A program made the position numbers and the translations under genes. A stretch of DNA of 64,000 nucleotides from Marsupella aquatica (lineage: Eukaryota; Plantae; Marchantiophyta): NCBI GenBank assembly GCA_973895155.1, contig OZ316898.1, forward strand, positions 2,207,927-2,271,926, read 5' to 3'. The notes under the pieces are model-generated. The model made no database searches and had not been told where the DNA came from. It saw nothing but the letters and a program-made list of their open reading frames with translations. Below, in pieces: positions 35,501 through 47,990 of this stretch (the stretch's first letter is position 1; the number at the start of each line of letters is the position of its first letter).

Positions 35501-38492
35501 TTCATGCCTTTGACATTGTCCACAAAACATGTGTATTCAAATTGTCGAGAGATCTTGTTAAACAGCTCCTTAGCAATGGTGGTTTTCCCGATGCCACCCA
35601 TACCCACAATTCCTAGAACGGGAGTAGTTGCTAACTTTTGTTGAACCTCGAAAACGCGCTTCTCCAAAGCCGTAGGGTAATCTGGGAGCCCATCCACAAT
35701 TGCCTGAATGATCGATACTATACGTTAAGTCAGATTTGATTATGTAAAGGAAGTTAAGAAAATTGTCTCGAGTGACAGAGAGGTGTCTTACAAACTTTCT
35801 TCCTGTTCCTTGCTGGGTGCACCTGTTGAAGCTACTTTATAATCAAATACTCCGTAGCCAGCAGAGGAACTCTAAAGTGTGTACAGTACTCATTTCTGAC
35901 CGTGGGACTCTCATGGAAGTGCCTGATTAGTGACTCATTGTGATAAATTCATACGGCGCATGCAATAACTCGGATCTTATCGAATGTCTTCTACTTATGT
36001 CCTACCAGAAGGTCTCTACAACGCCTGGAAGAAGCATATATAGTACACAATGCTAGGATTACAATTGACGTAGACTTGATGGGAAGGACAACTTTGACTT
36101 TGACTTGCCAAGCGGAACACACTAGTTTGAAGCATCTGGCCCGACTGGAAAGAATGAGAAATATGCCTACAGCAGTTGACTGCTTTTGAAATTAAAAGGC
36201 AAAACTTCTGTGCATGAACGTTTATTGTTTAAAGAATGGTTACCCAGGTGCTGTTGAGAAAGGACAAATTTTCATCAGCCAATGTACATCATTGTTTTTT
36301 CTCATGTTGGTGGCTGTCGATGCAGATATGAAACACATATTAACAGAAAGGTAAGTAATGTGCAGTAGAAAAAAATAACTCCAGCAAATACAATCTATTT
36401 CAGGGATCGAGATACTCCACCTTTGAATCAGCTGCAACGTCCTCAAGAAACTTTGTCAGGGTTAAGAAACTTCTACATGTCTTTCCCAGCGGTCTACAGA
36501 CAGAGATGTGGTCGGCTCTTTCCACAATGTTGAAACTAGTGCCATATCTTGCAGATGCTTCTTCAACAACTACATTACTAAAACTACCCTGCAAAAAAGT
36601 TAACCAACACGACATGTTACCGTCTATAGCATAACAAATCTCCTTCCTATGACTCTCATCGAGCCCTTGGCTGATCCTCTGCATGCTTCATGTGTCAACC
36701 AGCAGTAAACAGTAAACAAATGCTTTAGAGATATGAATGACAATGCAGTACTGAACCAAGTCAATATCACATGCGAATTCAATACCCTAAGTACCATATC
36801 ATGACCTCTCTGCGTGTGTCATCATGATTGATATCGTCGATTGCACTTTTGAAAGCTACTGTACGTTAATTAGTAATTCGATTCATACTACCTATAGAGA
36901 ATTATGTTGAGGATGCATGCACCTTCTATTCTGGAAATACTGTGTAGGACATTCGAGGATCATTTGACTCCACCGATCACGGTCTCAGGTTCAGAAAGTA
37001 TCCAGAACTCAAAATGTGGAGAATGATGTGCTTACCAATCTCGCCTATTTTACAATTCCAACGGCCCCAGGGCCATTTGACGCAACAAGCATTTAGGCAG
37101 AAGTACCTTAGGAAAAACCGTGGGAAGTGAAGTCCATTTTGTAGCCAAACTGGATACTTTGGACTAAATGCATGTGTAGACGATACTTTGGACTGAATGC
37201 AAACTACAATTGGCGAATATATAACTTTTTCATATCAATACTTTAAATTAAGTAGAAGTGGAACTACTTACTAATTTGGTTGGAAGACTTTCTCCGACTC
37301 CTGCAATTTGCCACATCTTGTATTGTCCATCTTGCCCGCAAAGATTGTCAAAATCAAAATTGACTCTTGCTTTTGGTGTACTAAGAGTTTTCACATATTC
37401 CAATAAAGGACGTTGAGTCACAAAATGTTCAGCTATGTGGTAGGAAACTCCTTGATGCGGTGTAGAATAGAAAAAAATCCCCTTTACATTTTCCAAAAAT
37501 GCAGTTAGCTGAAAGCTTTTCTCAGAGTTTCTCTTCAAGAGGCCTGTTGTCCTTGATGCATACACGCATATATCCTTTATGACCAAGCCCCCAAAGCTAT
37601 GACCAACCAATACGACAGGGCGGCAGGGTTCCTGTCCGACGTTTGCAGTCAGCAGATCCGAAGTCAGGTTCTCACTTATGAGATGCATGTCCATCGTTCC
37701 ACCTTCACAACTATCAATAACACTAGCATCGTAGGAAACAGACAGAATGCGGGCAGCAGGAAACTTCTCCACCAGCCAAGTTTGTGGCCAAATGGAGGAT
37801 CCGTCTCTACATTTCCATGTAGACAGACGGGCATCTTTATAATCCCCGTGTTGGAATCCATGGAAAAATAAGACGTCCATGCTTGGTTCGCCGGGCGGAC
37901 TATGCAATTCGTACACAGAGGAATTCAATTGAGACACCTGATAAGGCAAACCCAAATGGTCCGAGTTAATTCTCTGTGGACAATTTCGTACAATATGCGA
38001 AACCAGCTGGGACAAGATTGTATAAATTCTAGAGACGAGAGACTGAGACGCGTCACACACTGTAATCTTGCTACGCCTCTGGCAAAAGGAGCACAGTTTA
38101 GGTCCCAACGATGGAGAAAATTACACCAAACAACCATTGACAACCTAGTATAGATACATTTTAGACTTAAAGTCTATGGTTGAAAGTACCTGGACAAACC
38201 CCGCTGGGATTTTCGAGGTCAGACGGAGCAATTTATTTCCCCGGTGAAGCACGGCACTTGCAGCTACGCCTGCAGCTAGAGCCGCACAAGTTGCAAGAAC
38301 TGCAATGAGCCGGTTGAGAAAGCCCATGGCAATGCAACACAACAGGACTGTGCATAATGCAAGCATTACCATGAGCCGGTTCAGAAAACTCATAGCGATA
38401 CGGCGCAAACGTTGAAGAAAGCTCAGACCAAATCCTGCAGCGAGCTCCACAGCTACTTCACTGAAGTATCCGTTCGGAATGACTACAGACAT
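32548..38492 (-). CDS. alpha/beta-hydrolase-NB-ARC-LRR immune receptor (HNL) with N-terminal hydrophobic segments, ~1420 aa
   Basis: Exons 38492-38190 (hydrophobic); 37973 (or 38006)-37272 and 36588-36421 (SERAC1/DUF676-like hydrolase: VLFFHG, WPQTWL, RILSVSYD, GHSFGG, FYSTPHQG, DHISVCRP); 35703-34636 (NB-ARC: GMGGIGKTT, IAADDVD, GSGSRLIFTTRD, CGGLPLTL, VHEQLRDLA); ~34581-32548 (>20 24-aa LRRs). Exons join in phase 0. The LRR acceptor and possible microexons near 35800 and 36245 are uncertain. Confidence 0.9.
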
Positions 38493-40604
38493 TCAGGACA
38501 TGTAATTGTGGAGCGCCTGCTGCTGGATGAAAACAGAATGGTGCGGGGGTGCAGCACGGTGACTTGAGCTCTTTTCGATGCAGCGACGAGTTGCCCCGAT
38601 CTGCTTAATAGCCACACACTTGGCAGAAGCACATCTTTCCCAGGAAGTGCAAAATGGATAACATTTTTATCGATCACACCTGCGGATTTATTTTTTTAAG
38701 TGCCAGCAGTACTGATCAGAAACCCACAGCAAGTAAAAAGTGACCACAATCTACCAAAGAACGTGCTTGGGACAAATAATTCGAAACACCAAGACTGTGT
38801 TGTCATAGATAGATAGCAAAGAAGTACCCCCAATTGATCCAAGAAGTATTAACAACGATTCCAAAGGAAGCTAGACTGTGTATACATTTCCTCAAAACAG
38901 CCCAGAATAAGCTGGCGTAAGACCAGGTTTAGAACGTGAGTAAGTTTCCCCATGATATACATGTGAGATACAGCACTCAGAGCTCGAGGAGGTAACTGGC
39001 GTCTGGAATTCTTAAACGACTTTATAGTCCAAGATCCAACTGGAAAGAGTAGACATATACCCGCACCAACGAGACGAGCTACCTATCACCAGTTAGACGA
39101 ACACGTTGGATTACCTGAAGAACAGGCCCACAGGAGATTCGAGTGGAGAGTTCGACACCCAGCTTCATCAAATCCGGCACCTCACAGTTTTCTAGCAGAT
39201 TTACCTCCGCTGTCGGTTCTGGTATGGGACTGCCGAGAAGCCCAGTACGATTGCACTTATCTGCAGAGTTCAGATGATGGTGACTAATTGAAATCAAAGA
39301 AACGTTCATATGATGGTGACTAAATGAAAGCAAAGAAGCTTTTGGACCTTGCTATTCACACAAATGACCAAACAACTACGGACAAACGCATCGACAAAAT
39401 ATATCCCTCCTTCCTTGACAGCAAACCCGAACTGCAATTAATACAAACCATTAAACGAGCATCTATTGCTGCTAGCTTCCCCTCTCACCTCGCTCAGCCA
39501 AGAATAAGCAGCGTTTTAACGCGTAGTACTTACACCCTCACTAGCTCAGAAGCCAGACTTCTTCACGCCATAGCAATCCACCAAGCTCGCAGGACTCACG
39601 AAATATGCTCAGCAGCAGATGTAAAAGCAAAGAGCAGGTCTCACGCATGATGTACGGGGTTTCGTCCCCATTACGGCAGGAAGAAGGATAGGATGGTGTT
39701 CCAATACTTATCAATGAATTTTCTTACAACTTACAACAAAACGTTTTCTAGTGACCGAAGACCAGGCCCGCGTCTAGAGACCTATTCGATTAAGGGAACG
39801 AAGAAAGCCGACAAGGTGTAAAATCTTTTCCAAGACCTCTCGACTACGTTTTCTACAACAACGGTCTTCCGATGATCACTTTTCTAGAAAAAATAAATTT
39901 AGCCAACACCTGATGTCATTCATTGAAAATTTAATGCGGACAGCAGTGCCACTCCATGAATCTGACCCTAAAAAGATTTGCTTCGCTTAGTTTAATATCT
40001 TGGTATCCTGGAAAACGAAACCTCGATTGACCAAGCATGTGAACAAGGCGGCTGATGGGCTGTGCCATGCTTGACAGCCAGGAAGTGTCACGGAGGAACC
40101 GACTGCCTCACTGCTCTTTTGGATGTACGTGCACAGGAGGGCAACTTTTCTGGAGTATGTCAGTCCTCCAGGAGGACACCATGGGCTGCACTTCCATTCA
40201 GCGTGCCCTCGTGGAGAAATAATGCCCTCTACGTGCTTTAGTCGAGTCAATCCCGGACCACTTAGAGCTATTCTGGCTGTTGGTTGCATTTTGCTTATTT
40301 GCTCAAACAACATTGTTCTTTTCGAATGATGGAATTCAAACTCATAGATTCTGGACCAGATTGTTTCCGAGTTCGTTGTTCTTTGGAACCTTATGGTTGT
40401 ATATCTGGCTACTTGTCGTTGACATGGAGTCTGGGCTTCGGTTCATCAATTGTTCTAAATCCCGAAAAGGTGATCACACTGAAACGGTTGTCTAGCTATA
40501 TAGTCAACAAGATTTATTTGAGTTTCTTAGAATTCTTAGAAAAAAAAGATTATGAAAGAGCTTGGGCCAATAAGACCCCAGACCACAAGCCGCAAAATGC
40601 ATGA

Positions 40605-41060
40605 TGAACCCAAAGACCTTGCCAAGGTCTTGGGGGGCATGCCAAAGACTTGGAGAGAGGAGACCTTGGCCAAAGACTTGGGGGGCATGCCAAAGACGTG
40701 GAGAGAGATACACATGGTCATGTACCTAAGCATGACAACTATCTAGGACTAAGTGTCCAGGACACATTTCATTTTCCACATTCGAGTCAGTACCCTACTC
40801 TAGCACACATTCGAGTCAGTGCCCTACTCTAGCTACTCTACCAGCCTCCACAGATTCAAGAGGAAAACTGAGCCTATAAATAGTGTGACGGCAACCAGCA
40901 TCAGCGGCAGGGCAGGGCTTGTGGAGGAGCAAATATTGCTAAGATTGCTGTTCTTCTATTGACAGCACTCACGGCTCATCAATCTAGAAAACCACATTTT
41001 GTACCGGTTAAGATTTGCAGTTCTTCTATTGACATCAGTCACGGCTCATAGATTTCAAGC
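40605..41060. repeat. Cluster of short direct duplications around a TATA-like box
   Basis: GACCTT.GCCAA.G.CTTGGGGGGCATGCCAAAGAC.TGGAGAGAG x2, CACATTCGAGTCAGT.CCCTACTCTAGC x2, TAAGATT..GTTCTTCTATTGACA.CA.TCACGGCTCAT x2, and CCTATAAATA at 40873. Confidence 0.6.
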
Positions 41061-41867
41061 CACTACATTGATGCAGGTTGTTCTGGCATCACTCAGTTCA
41101 TAATCTCAGGCCTCTGCAGCAGGCCTCTGCAGCAGTTCTCTCTCATTTGTGTGGGGTTCGATATGCATGAAATACTCATGAACTCAATCTACTACTATTC
41201 CAGTAATTTTTTATTTTTTAGGTTAACTACTATTCCAGTATTAAAGTAGATCGTGCTTTCTGGGTCATGACCCATTCTATATCAACGAGGTTCGTTCTAA
41301 CAAGTAAACTTTAGTGACAATACATTTTATAAGTGAACGTTTGGAATTGCAAGTATCTTGTGGCATCTCTACCCTGCGAGACAGAATCGTCCTCAACGCT
41401 ATGTCACAAATGCACGTAGGATACTCCAAACTATACTCAATGTTGACAACTGACCTTTAGCATGGCCTGCCAAGACAGTCGTGCCAACAAGGATTTAGAG
41501 CCTTTGCCAGACCCTTGGATCCACCTGACACGAAAATTCCGTTTTGATTATTGTTTTACATTTACAAATAACTCCATCGTTTCATCATCACATTTGAATA
41601 TTTTCTGTGAGTGTTTCCACATCTACTGGCTGCCACGCTAACTACGCAGCCACCTTCTGCCATTGCCAATAATCCCCTGGTGTTGTTGATATGCTAATCC
41701 TTTTCCAGACTATGGTCCCAAGTTCATGGGAATCAAAATCCAATTTCCTCTTCTACAGTACATAATAATACAACTAAAGTGACATCCAAATCAATTTTTT
41801 TAAAATAAAATCTCCAATTAATAAGCCCCCATGGGATGGGTGACCTTACTGTGGTTGCTATTTGCAA

Positions 41868-44800
41868 TTAAGTTTCAGCCAGTATGGAGTCACTCCAAGA
41901 GAGTGCAAAATCTCGAGCTGCAGTTGGTATACCTGCCAATCCATAGAAAAACCCGTGAGTCCAGTAATTTGCCAAGGGAACGTGCAAGAAGTCCAGGGTG
42001 AGGAAACCTTCACAGACAAAACGTTATAGTGGAAAAAAGAAAGCACGTTGCGAGGAGTACCTCGAATCAAATCTGTCGCCACTGTCGTTGGATTAAATTC
42101 CCCCTCGACCAGCCTATATATCTCCAACACCTGATCATACCCACATCGACCACTTGAGCAAACCGCTCTGATAGGATACAATTCTGCCGGTTGACTAAAC
42201 GAAAAGGAAAGAAATCTGTCGGTGCAAACCTCTTGAATGTGCAGGTTGTTTCCTTCTGTAAAGGCGAGGAGAAGTTGCCGGCGGAGGCTGGCATCACTTA
42301 CAACCACTCGGGCCCCATCTTTGATAGTGTCTGTCAAGTCCAGCTTTCCTCCAACTGCTGTATTCCTACTTTGCGAATTGTCTCTTAACCTGAGTAGAAT
42401 GAAACGAAGAGCGATAAGAATATAGTAAAGTCTAATACCCTGCCATCTTGATGTAGATATCATCTATAGAAAAGAATGTTTATGCACTTCCCAGGTGTTT
42501 TAGCTGGATGTTAATAACGACAAGAATAGCTAATAAATGGAACAAAGATCAACAAGAAAATATAATACCTGCTGTTTGCAGCAAGAGTTTCTTGCAAAGG
42601 GCGGTTCCTGTTCATCATGGCCACTTGCTCTCTCGCAAGTACGATCAAGTTCTCCAGCCGTTTCCACTGGAATGAGCCGTCTTTGAAGAGGACCTAGAGA
42701 AGTACAATTTCGTTGAATAATCAGCTAAATACCAGCGGAATACGTTGATAACGTACTTAGCAAACCCGTCATTGCCAATTTTGACAAAAGTTGACTGTTC
42801 AAATAAGATAAGCTTACCTGGAGAAGACGTTCACGCAAGGCTGGATCTGGATCTGTGAGTAGGCGTTTTGCCACGTACGGATATGCCACCTGAATCCAGG
42901 ACCAAAAAAAACTGAGCATGTTTCCACCAAAATTATTTCTTGAGCTTCAATTTCAAACGGTAAATAAAATTCCCCAACTTTCATCTAGTGTTCTAAGAGA
43001 ACAAAATGCTTCTTGAAGTAATAGGAAGAAACAATTTGGGATCAAGTTGGGAGTTGGAACCTCAAGAAACTTGAAGTCAGGTGACAGCGTTAAACAGATC
43101 CCTTCTTGAGTGAGCAAAGAACGAATCACCAACGCAAATCTCTCAGGGATGCGGATTGGATATTGATATACCAACTGATTGAATTTGCCTGAAAATCAGA
43201 ACAATCCCCACTCTGAGCCATTGCATGCGTCACGGTGACAATTGTTGCCATATAGAAAATGACCTTCCACTTCTGGAAATAAATGTTGAAGTCAGCCGTG
43301 GCCATTATGGACACTAAAAGAGCCACAAAAAAATTTAGGAGAGAATTATGACTTACCGGTAACAGAACGAAAGTTGAAATCAACCAGACCCTTCCCGGTG
43401 GAATTTTGCCAAATGGCTTCTAGGGCTGGCACTATTGGGGTAACATCAGTACCAGGAGCTAAGAATCCTAGCCTGGTGAAATCGCCAGCCATCTCAACAT
43501 AATCTTCATTGACCGCATGTACGACTGCGTCTATCAACACTTGCTTGTTTCTCTGTCAAGGGTGAGGGAAAGTAGAATCATGAGATATTAATACCAACTA
43601 ATTTGAATTCTATGCAAGTCCAACAAGTAGAGAGTTCAAAACCAGTCTTCCATTTTTTCTTCATATTACCACTTCAAAGTAGTTAAAATGTTGCATGTGA
43701 TTACCAATCGAATCAATGATATCGATATAGTATAAATCGAAAACTTCTACATCGTCGAGGTCTGACTGGACCTTCAAGAAGAACACCAGAGATTACCTGG
43801 CTGAGTTCTGCCACGTTCCCAAAATCCACATAAGCAATTCGGCCATCACGCATGGCAAATATGTTTCCAGGATGTGGATCTCCGTGAAATAAACCAAACT
43901 CCAACAGCTGCCGAAGGGCTGCACTCACCCCAACCGTGATGAATGACTCTATGTCAATTCCAGCATCCTTGATTCCCTGCGATCACACAAGGCTGGTTCT
44001 ATAAGCATATGATGCAAAAAACGTACCAAATTAACTTCAATGAAAACTAAGATAAAATTCAATTAAAATTCTGATAAGTCAAAATAAACAAATTGATGCA
44101 AAAGAGAATGAAAAACAATAAAAATCAAATATTTTCCGTATAGTGCGCCACTACAGACGTCCGAGGACCCAACAGAAACGCTAACAAGTACTTGACTAGC
44201 TCAACATAGATTACACAACGTTGCTGTACGGTAGCTCACATGACATCCAGTGAATCTTTACCTGCGGGTCAGTGCAACGAATGCCATCAATCCACTCCAT
44301 GACTAGCACATTCCTACCGCAGAAGTTCTTATAAACACGAGGAATTTTGACGGTTGGATCATTCTTGAAGTTTGCAAAAAAGTCCTCTATGTTTCGTGCT
44401 TCCTGGACACACTCCAGCACAGACAATATTAGTGCTGTAACGGTCACTTTGAGTAAATGGCATGGAAACAATTGCGCTAGATCCGTCCTCTGGGAAAACA
44501 TTAAGTCAAAGCTAGGAACTGTCATACCATAGATCATCAAAGGTGAGCCCTTACCAGAACATAATCCAACTCTTCAAGAAGTTTCTGTCCAAATTCATCG
44601 ACAATGAGTTCACCATTACAACCTAGCTTTTGAATGCTGTAACCATTCAAGAACGATGCCAGTGAACGGAATAAAAACAGATCTCTGTAGATGATGGGCT
44701 CTATCCCGGGCCTTTGCACCTGCAGCGTCATGACACAAAGAATATGAGTGTCTCTTTGACCTGAACACTGTTCATCAACAGCCCTGCAGCTCCTTTGCAA

Positions 44801-46959
44801 AGGCATCTTGCTTGGGATCTAAAGACTTTGGCGACCAGTTAAACCCAGGAAAATTTAACCCTTAGAGCGCTCAATGGTTGAACTATTAGCTAAAATGATT
44901 GAAGAACTTTGGTCAAAACTTTGCATTGCAGTCATAAATTATGATGTCGTGAACAGAACGAGAATCAGCTGTTCTCTTGACGTGGCCAAAATCTTAGAAA
45001 CATGACTGAAATGCATGCCCAACAGAGCTACACAGATCTTATAGGAAGAGTGTAGTACCTTCACTGCAACTTCCTCACCGGTACTCCGCAAAGTGGCACG
45101 ATACACTTGACCCAAACTGGCAGCTGCAACAGGCCTGGAAGTGATCTTGCTAAAAACCTGTTCCAATGGACTGCCAAGTTCTTCCTCCATCATCCGAAAG
45201 GCCACCTGCAGATTGCCAATAAAAAAGTGTGAGAGGAGCTGGCATCTCAACTTGGTATATCACCTTGCAAATTGGTATGTCATCTACGAAAGAAGAAACC
45301 CAGTTGGCGTGCATATATGTAGCATTTGTTGACCAGCTAGATGGGAGGATGCGGGGCTGCCATTCAGTTATAAAGGGAAACTTGACTCCATGCAGTTTTA
45401 TTCTGGGGAATTAACTGAATGGAAAGTCGGAGGGAATGGATGGAAACTCACCTCGCTTGGGAAAGCTGGAACATCATCTTGCAGTGTACATAGTTCATTC
45501 ATGTAGTCTTCTCGAATAATGTCAGGCCTGTTTGCCAGGACCTGCCAAACAACAAGAGAAAAACTGAATATCTGTCAGATATCTCCGCATTGACTCAAAA
45601 GTTTCCATTAAATTTTCTGGGCCTGGCTAAATGACGAAAGTGTGTGCAACTGAGATCTCTCTACATTTCTCGTCCATGATTTATATTAAACAATTGAGAA
45701 CCTACTCAACAGTGTAAACGAGCAATTAATTGGACTACTCGAAATCTCTTCATCTAGTATCAACGGACAATGTATCTTAATAGTTCTTCTGGACTGATAG
45801 GACATCTTCCAAGATTCAGACATGTTGGAATTCACCAATCTCGATTTTGGCCTGGTCATGATGTTGGAACCCACCTGGCCAGCCTTAACAAAAGAAGGCC
45901 CGAGATTGACAAGCAGATTACGCAGTTGCTCTGCACGCAATGGAACCATCTCTTCACCACGTCCCACAAGGCAATCATAGGATAGGGTGGCCCAGTACAC
46001 TCCCAAAGACCAGATAATTGTCGCACCCCGCATGAACATTGAGAAGTAATCACCTGGAGAGCGAAGGACTTTTGCTCGAACCTGTCGGAATCATTTGAGA
46101 GATCAGTATGTGTCAGGAATCCTTACACAAGAATGCTTCAAGTTCGTCCACTTTACGCATCTCAGAGGTTGAGAAAAATCCCCTTTCCACGTAATCACAT
46201 TTGAAATCTAGTCTAAATCAGGGTTTCTCTCCCCCCATTGCGAAAAGGACTCAGGTTGCCCGGAGAACACTAATTCAATGTCCCATCCTGTGCCGAAAAT
46301 CAAACTAGCCACACCAGTCCCTGTTTCAACCTAGATACCATACTTTCTGTTTGTAGTTATTGTTGTTAGTAGTGCATCCAGTGAGCGAAACGTTTACCCC
46401 AAACATTATCAGACAGCCACACCTCAAGGCTCATCCCCTTTTGTGTACTATAGCTCTAAGTCATGATAAGGAATTCGGTCCTGCCTTTAGAAATGTTTTT
46501 CTCTACCATTCATGCTGATGCGCTGGCTCGTTGGTGTTCATAGCAAGCACTTAGAGTAATTTTGTCACATCCGAGGGCAGTGGCTAAGTGAAGACTCACC
46601 GACTCCGGAGTATATTTCCTGAAAGGAATGCAGACGCCCAGCTCGAGCTCCAATTCTTCAATGGACCCAACGGTTGGCAGATAGTCCGAGCTGTTGAGAC
46701 CTAACCTACTCATCAGAATGTTTCCTGGACTGAATTTCTCTGCCACCACACCGTTGTCAGTGCTTGCCACCCTCGAAACCTTTGCTACAGCAGCTCCACT
46801 GAAATTACTCCTCCTCCGACTTTTTAAGCGTGGTAATGGAATCATCCCGGACCTTTCACACCCACCACGAGACCAAAACTCACTACCAATTCGCGGAGCA
46901 CCAGCCAGGGTCGCAGCAGTGGCACGGTGATGCAAGGAACCGGCCATGACGCGCTCCAT
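41868..46959 (-). CDS. ABC1K1: ABC1/UbiB atypical kinase ABC1K1 (PGR6), chloroplast, 14 exons, ~701 aa
   Basis: Exons 46959-46600, 46081-45875, 45541-45452, 45205-45059, 44719-44555, 44402-44262, 43976-43797, 43552-43357, 43188-43061, 42889-42818, 42693-42569, 42389-42230, 42130-42061 and 41932-41868. Motifs GVCIPFRKYTPE, LGPSFVKAGQVLANRPDIIREDYMNELC, AAASLGQVY, VAVKVQRP, FHGDPHPGN, VDFG and C-terminal RDFALSWSDSIL are characteristic of the ABC1K1 clade. Confidence 0.93.
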
Positions 46960-47711
46960 GATTAATTAATTTTGTTGTCAATGGAATATGTGGGTGCAAG
47001 TAAGGCTGCGTTATAATCCTATGTGCCAGGCGGAAGTCCGTTGGGGAGGAAGTAGATGCCCCGCCGGTTTCTAGCGAAGGTTGCCAATTATTGACCAGAG
47101 CAGCTGAAGCTCTCAATCCTTCAAGATTGAGAGCGGAAAAACTAGTTGGGTACGAGCTGCAGCGTCCCCAGAGGCGTTGAAATGAGAATTAGAAGCGAAT
47201 GGGGCCGAAGGAGGGGGTAGACGGTGGGAGCCCCTCCAACCAAACCCCTGGTGGGTTGGAGGTCGACAGCAGTAGAGAATTGGGGAGCCAAAAGGCACTT
47301 CCACTCGAGCTCCGAAACAGGACAGCTTTTGACTGGGGAAGCCGAATTGAAGTGTGATTGAGGTGCTTCAGGAGCCCTCCTGTTGTTTTCAAAATTTGGA
47401 AATTCCACCGGCCACACTTTTCTTTGCACGATCTTCGACCTGGTGCCGCTCCAGTGCAGCAGTGCTCACTCTCAAAATCCCAGGTGTGACGCTGTGTGTT
47501 TGAGCCCACATACGAGCCATCCTATCCCCCGTGAGGCAGGGGACACGACAGGCCCGCATCTCAAACTCTTTTTTGTCTTGAAAGAGAAGCGACACGAGGG
47601 TCCCCCATCTCACAGTTGTCTCGTAAGGAAGGGTAGAAGAAGATCACGAAGTTCACTCCACCATCATCTCAGCAGCAGCTGGCGCCCCAAAGCTTCAGTA
47701 ACAACTGGAGT

Positions 47712-47990
47712 CTCCAACGCTTCATAGTTACTGATGATGGCTTTTGGCCATAACTTTAGTGAGGGCGTCTCAAAGACTCAAGCGCTTCATAGTTACGCAT
47801 GATGGCTTTTGGAGTTGTGGCCATAACTTCAACTACTTTCTCAAACTCTTCATAGTTACTGATGATGGCTTTTGGAGTTGTGGCCATGACTTCAAACACT
47901 TTCTCAAACGCTTCTTAGTTGCTCATGATGGCTTTTGGCCATAATTTCAAACACTTCATAGTTACTGAAGATGGCTTTTGGCTATAACTT
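47712..47990. repeat. ~40-65-bp tandem repeat, ~5 copies
   Basis: CTTCATAGTTACTGATGATGGCTTTTGG(AGTTGTGG)CCATAACTT is repeated. Confidence 0.85.

Noticed and set aside
38493-46959. Paired NLR or integrated-decoy arrangement with the neighbouring kinase
   Set aside because: ABC1K1 is a complete, separately terminated housekeeping gene in tandem orientation, and there is no second NLR in the window.
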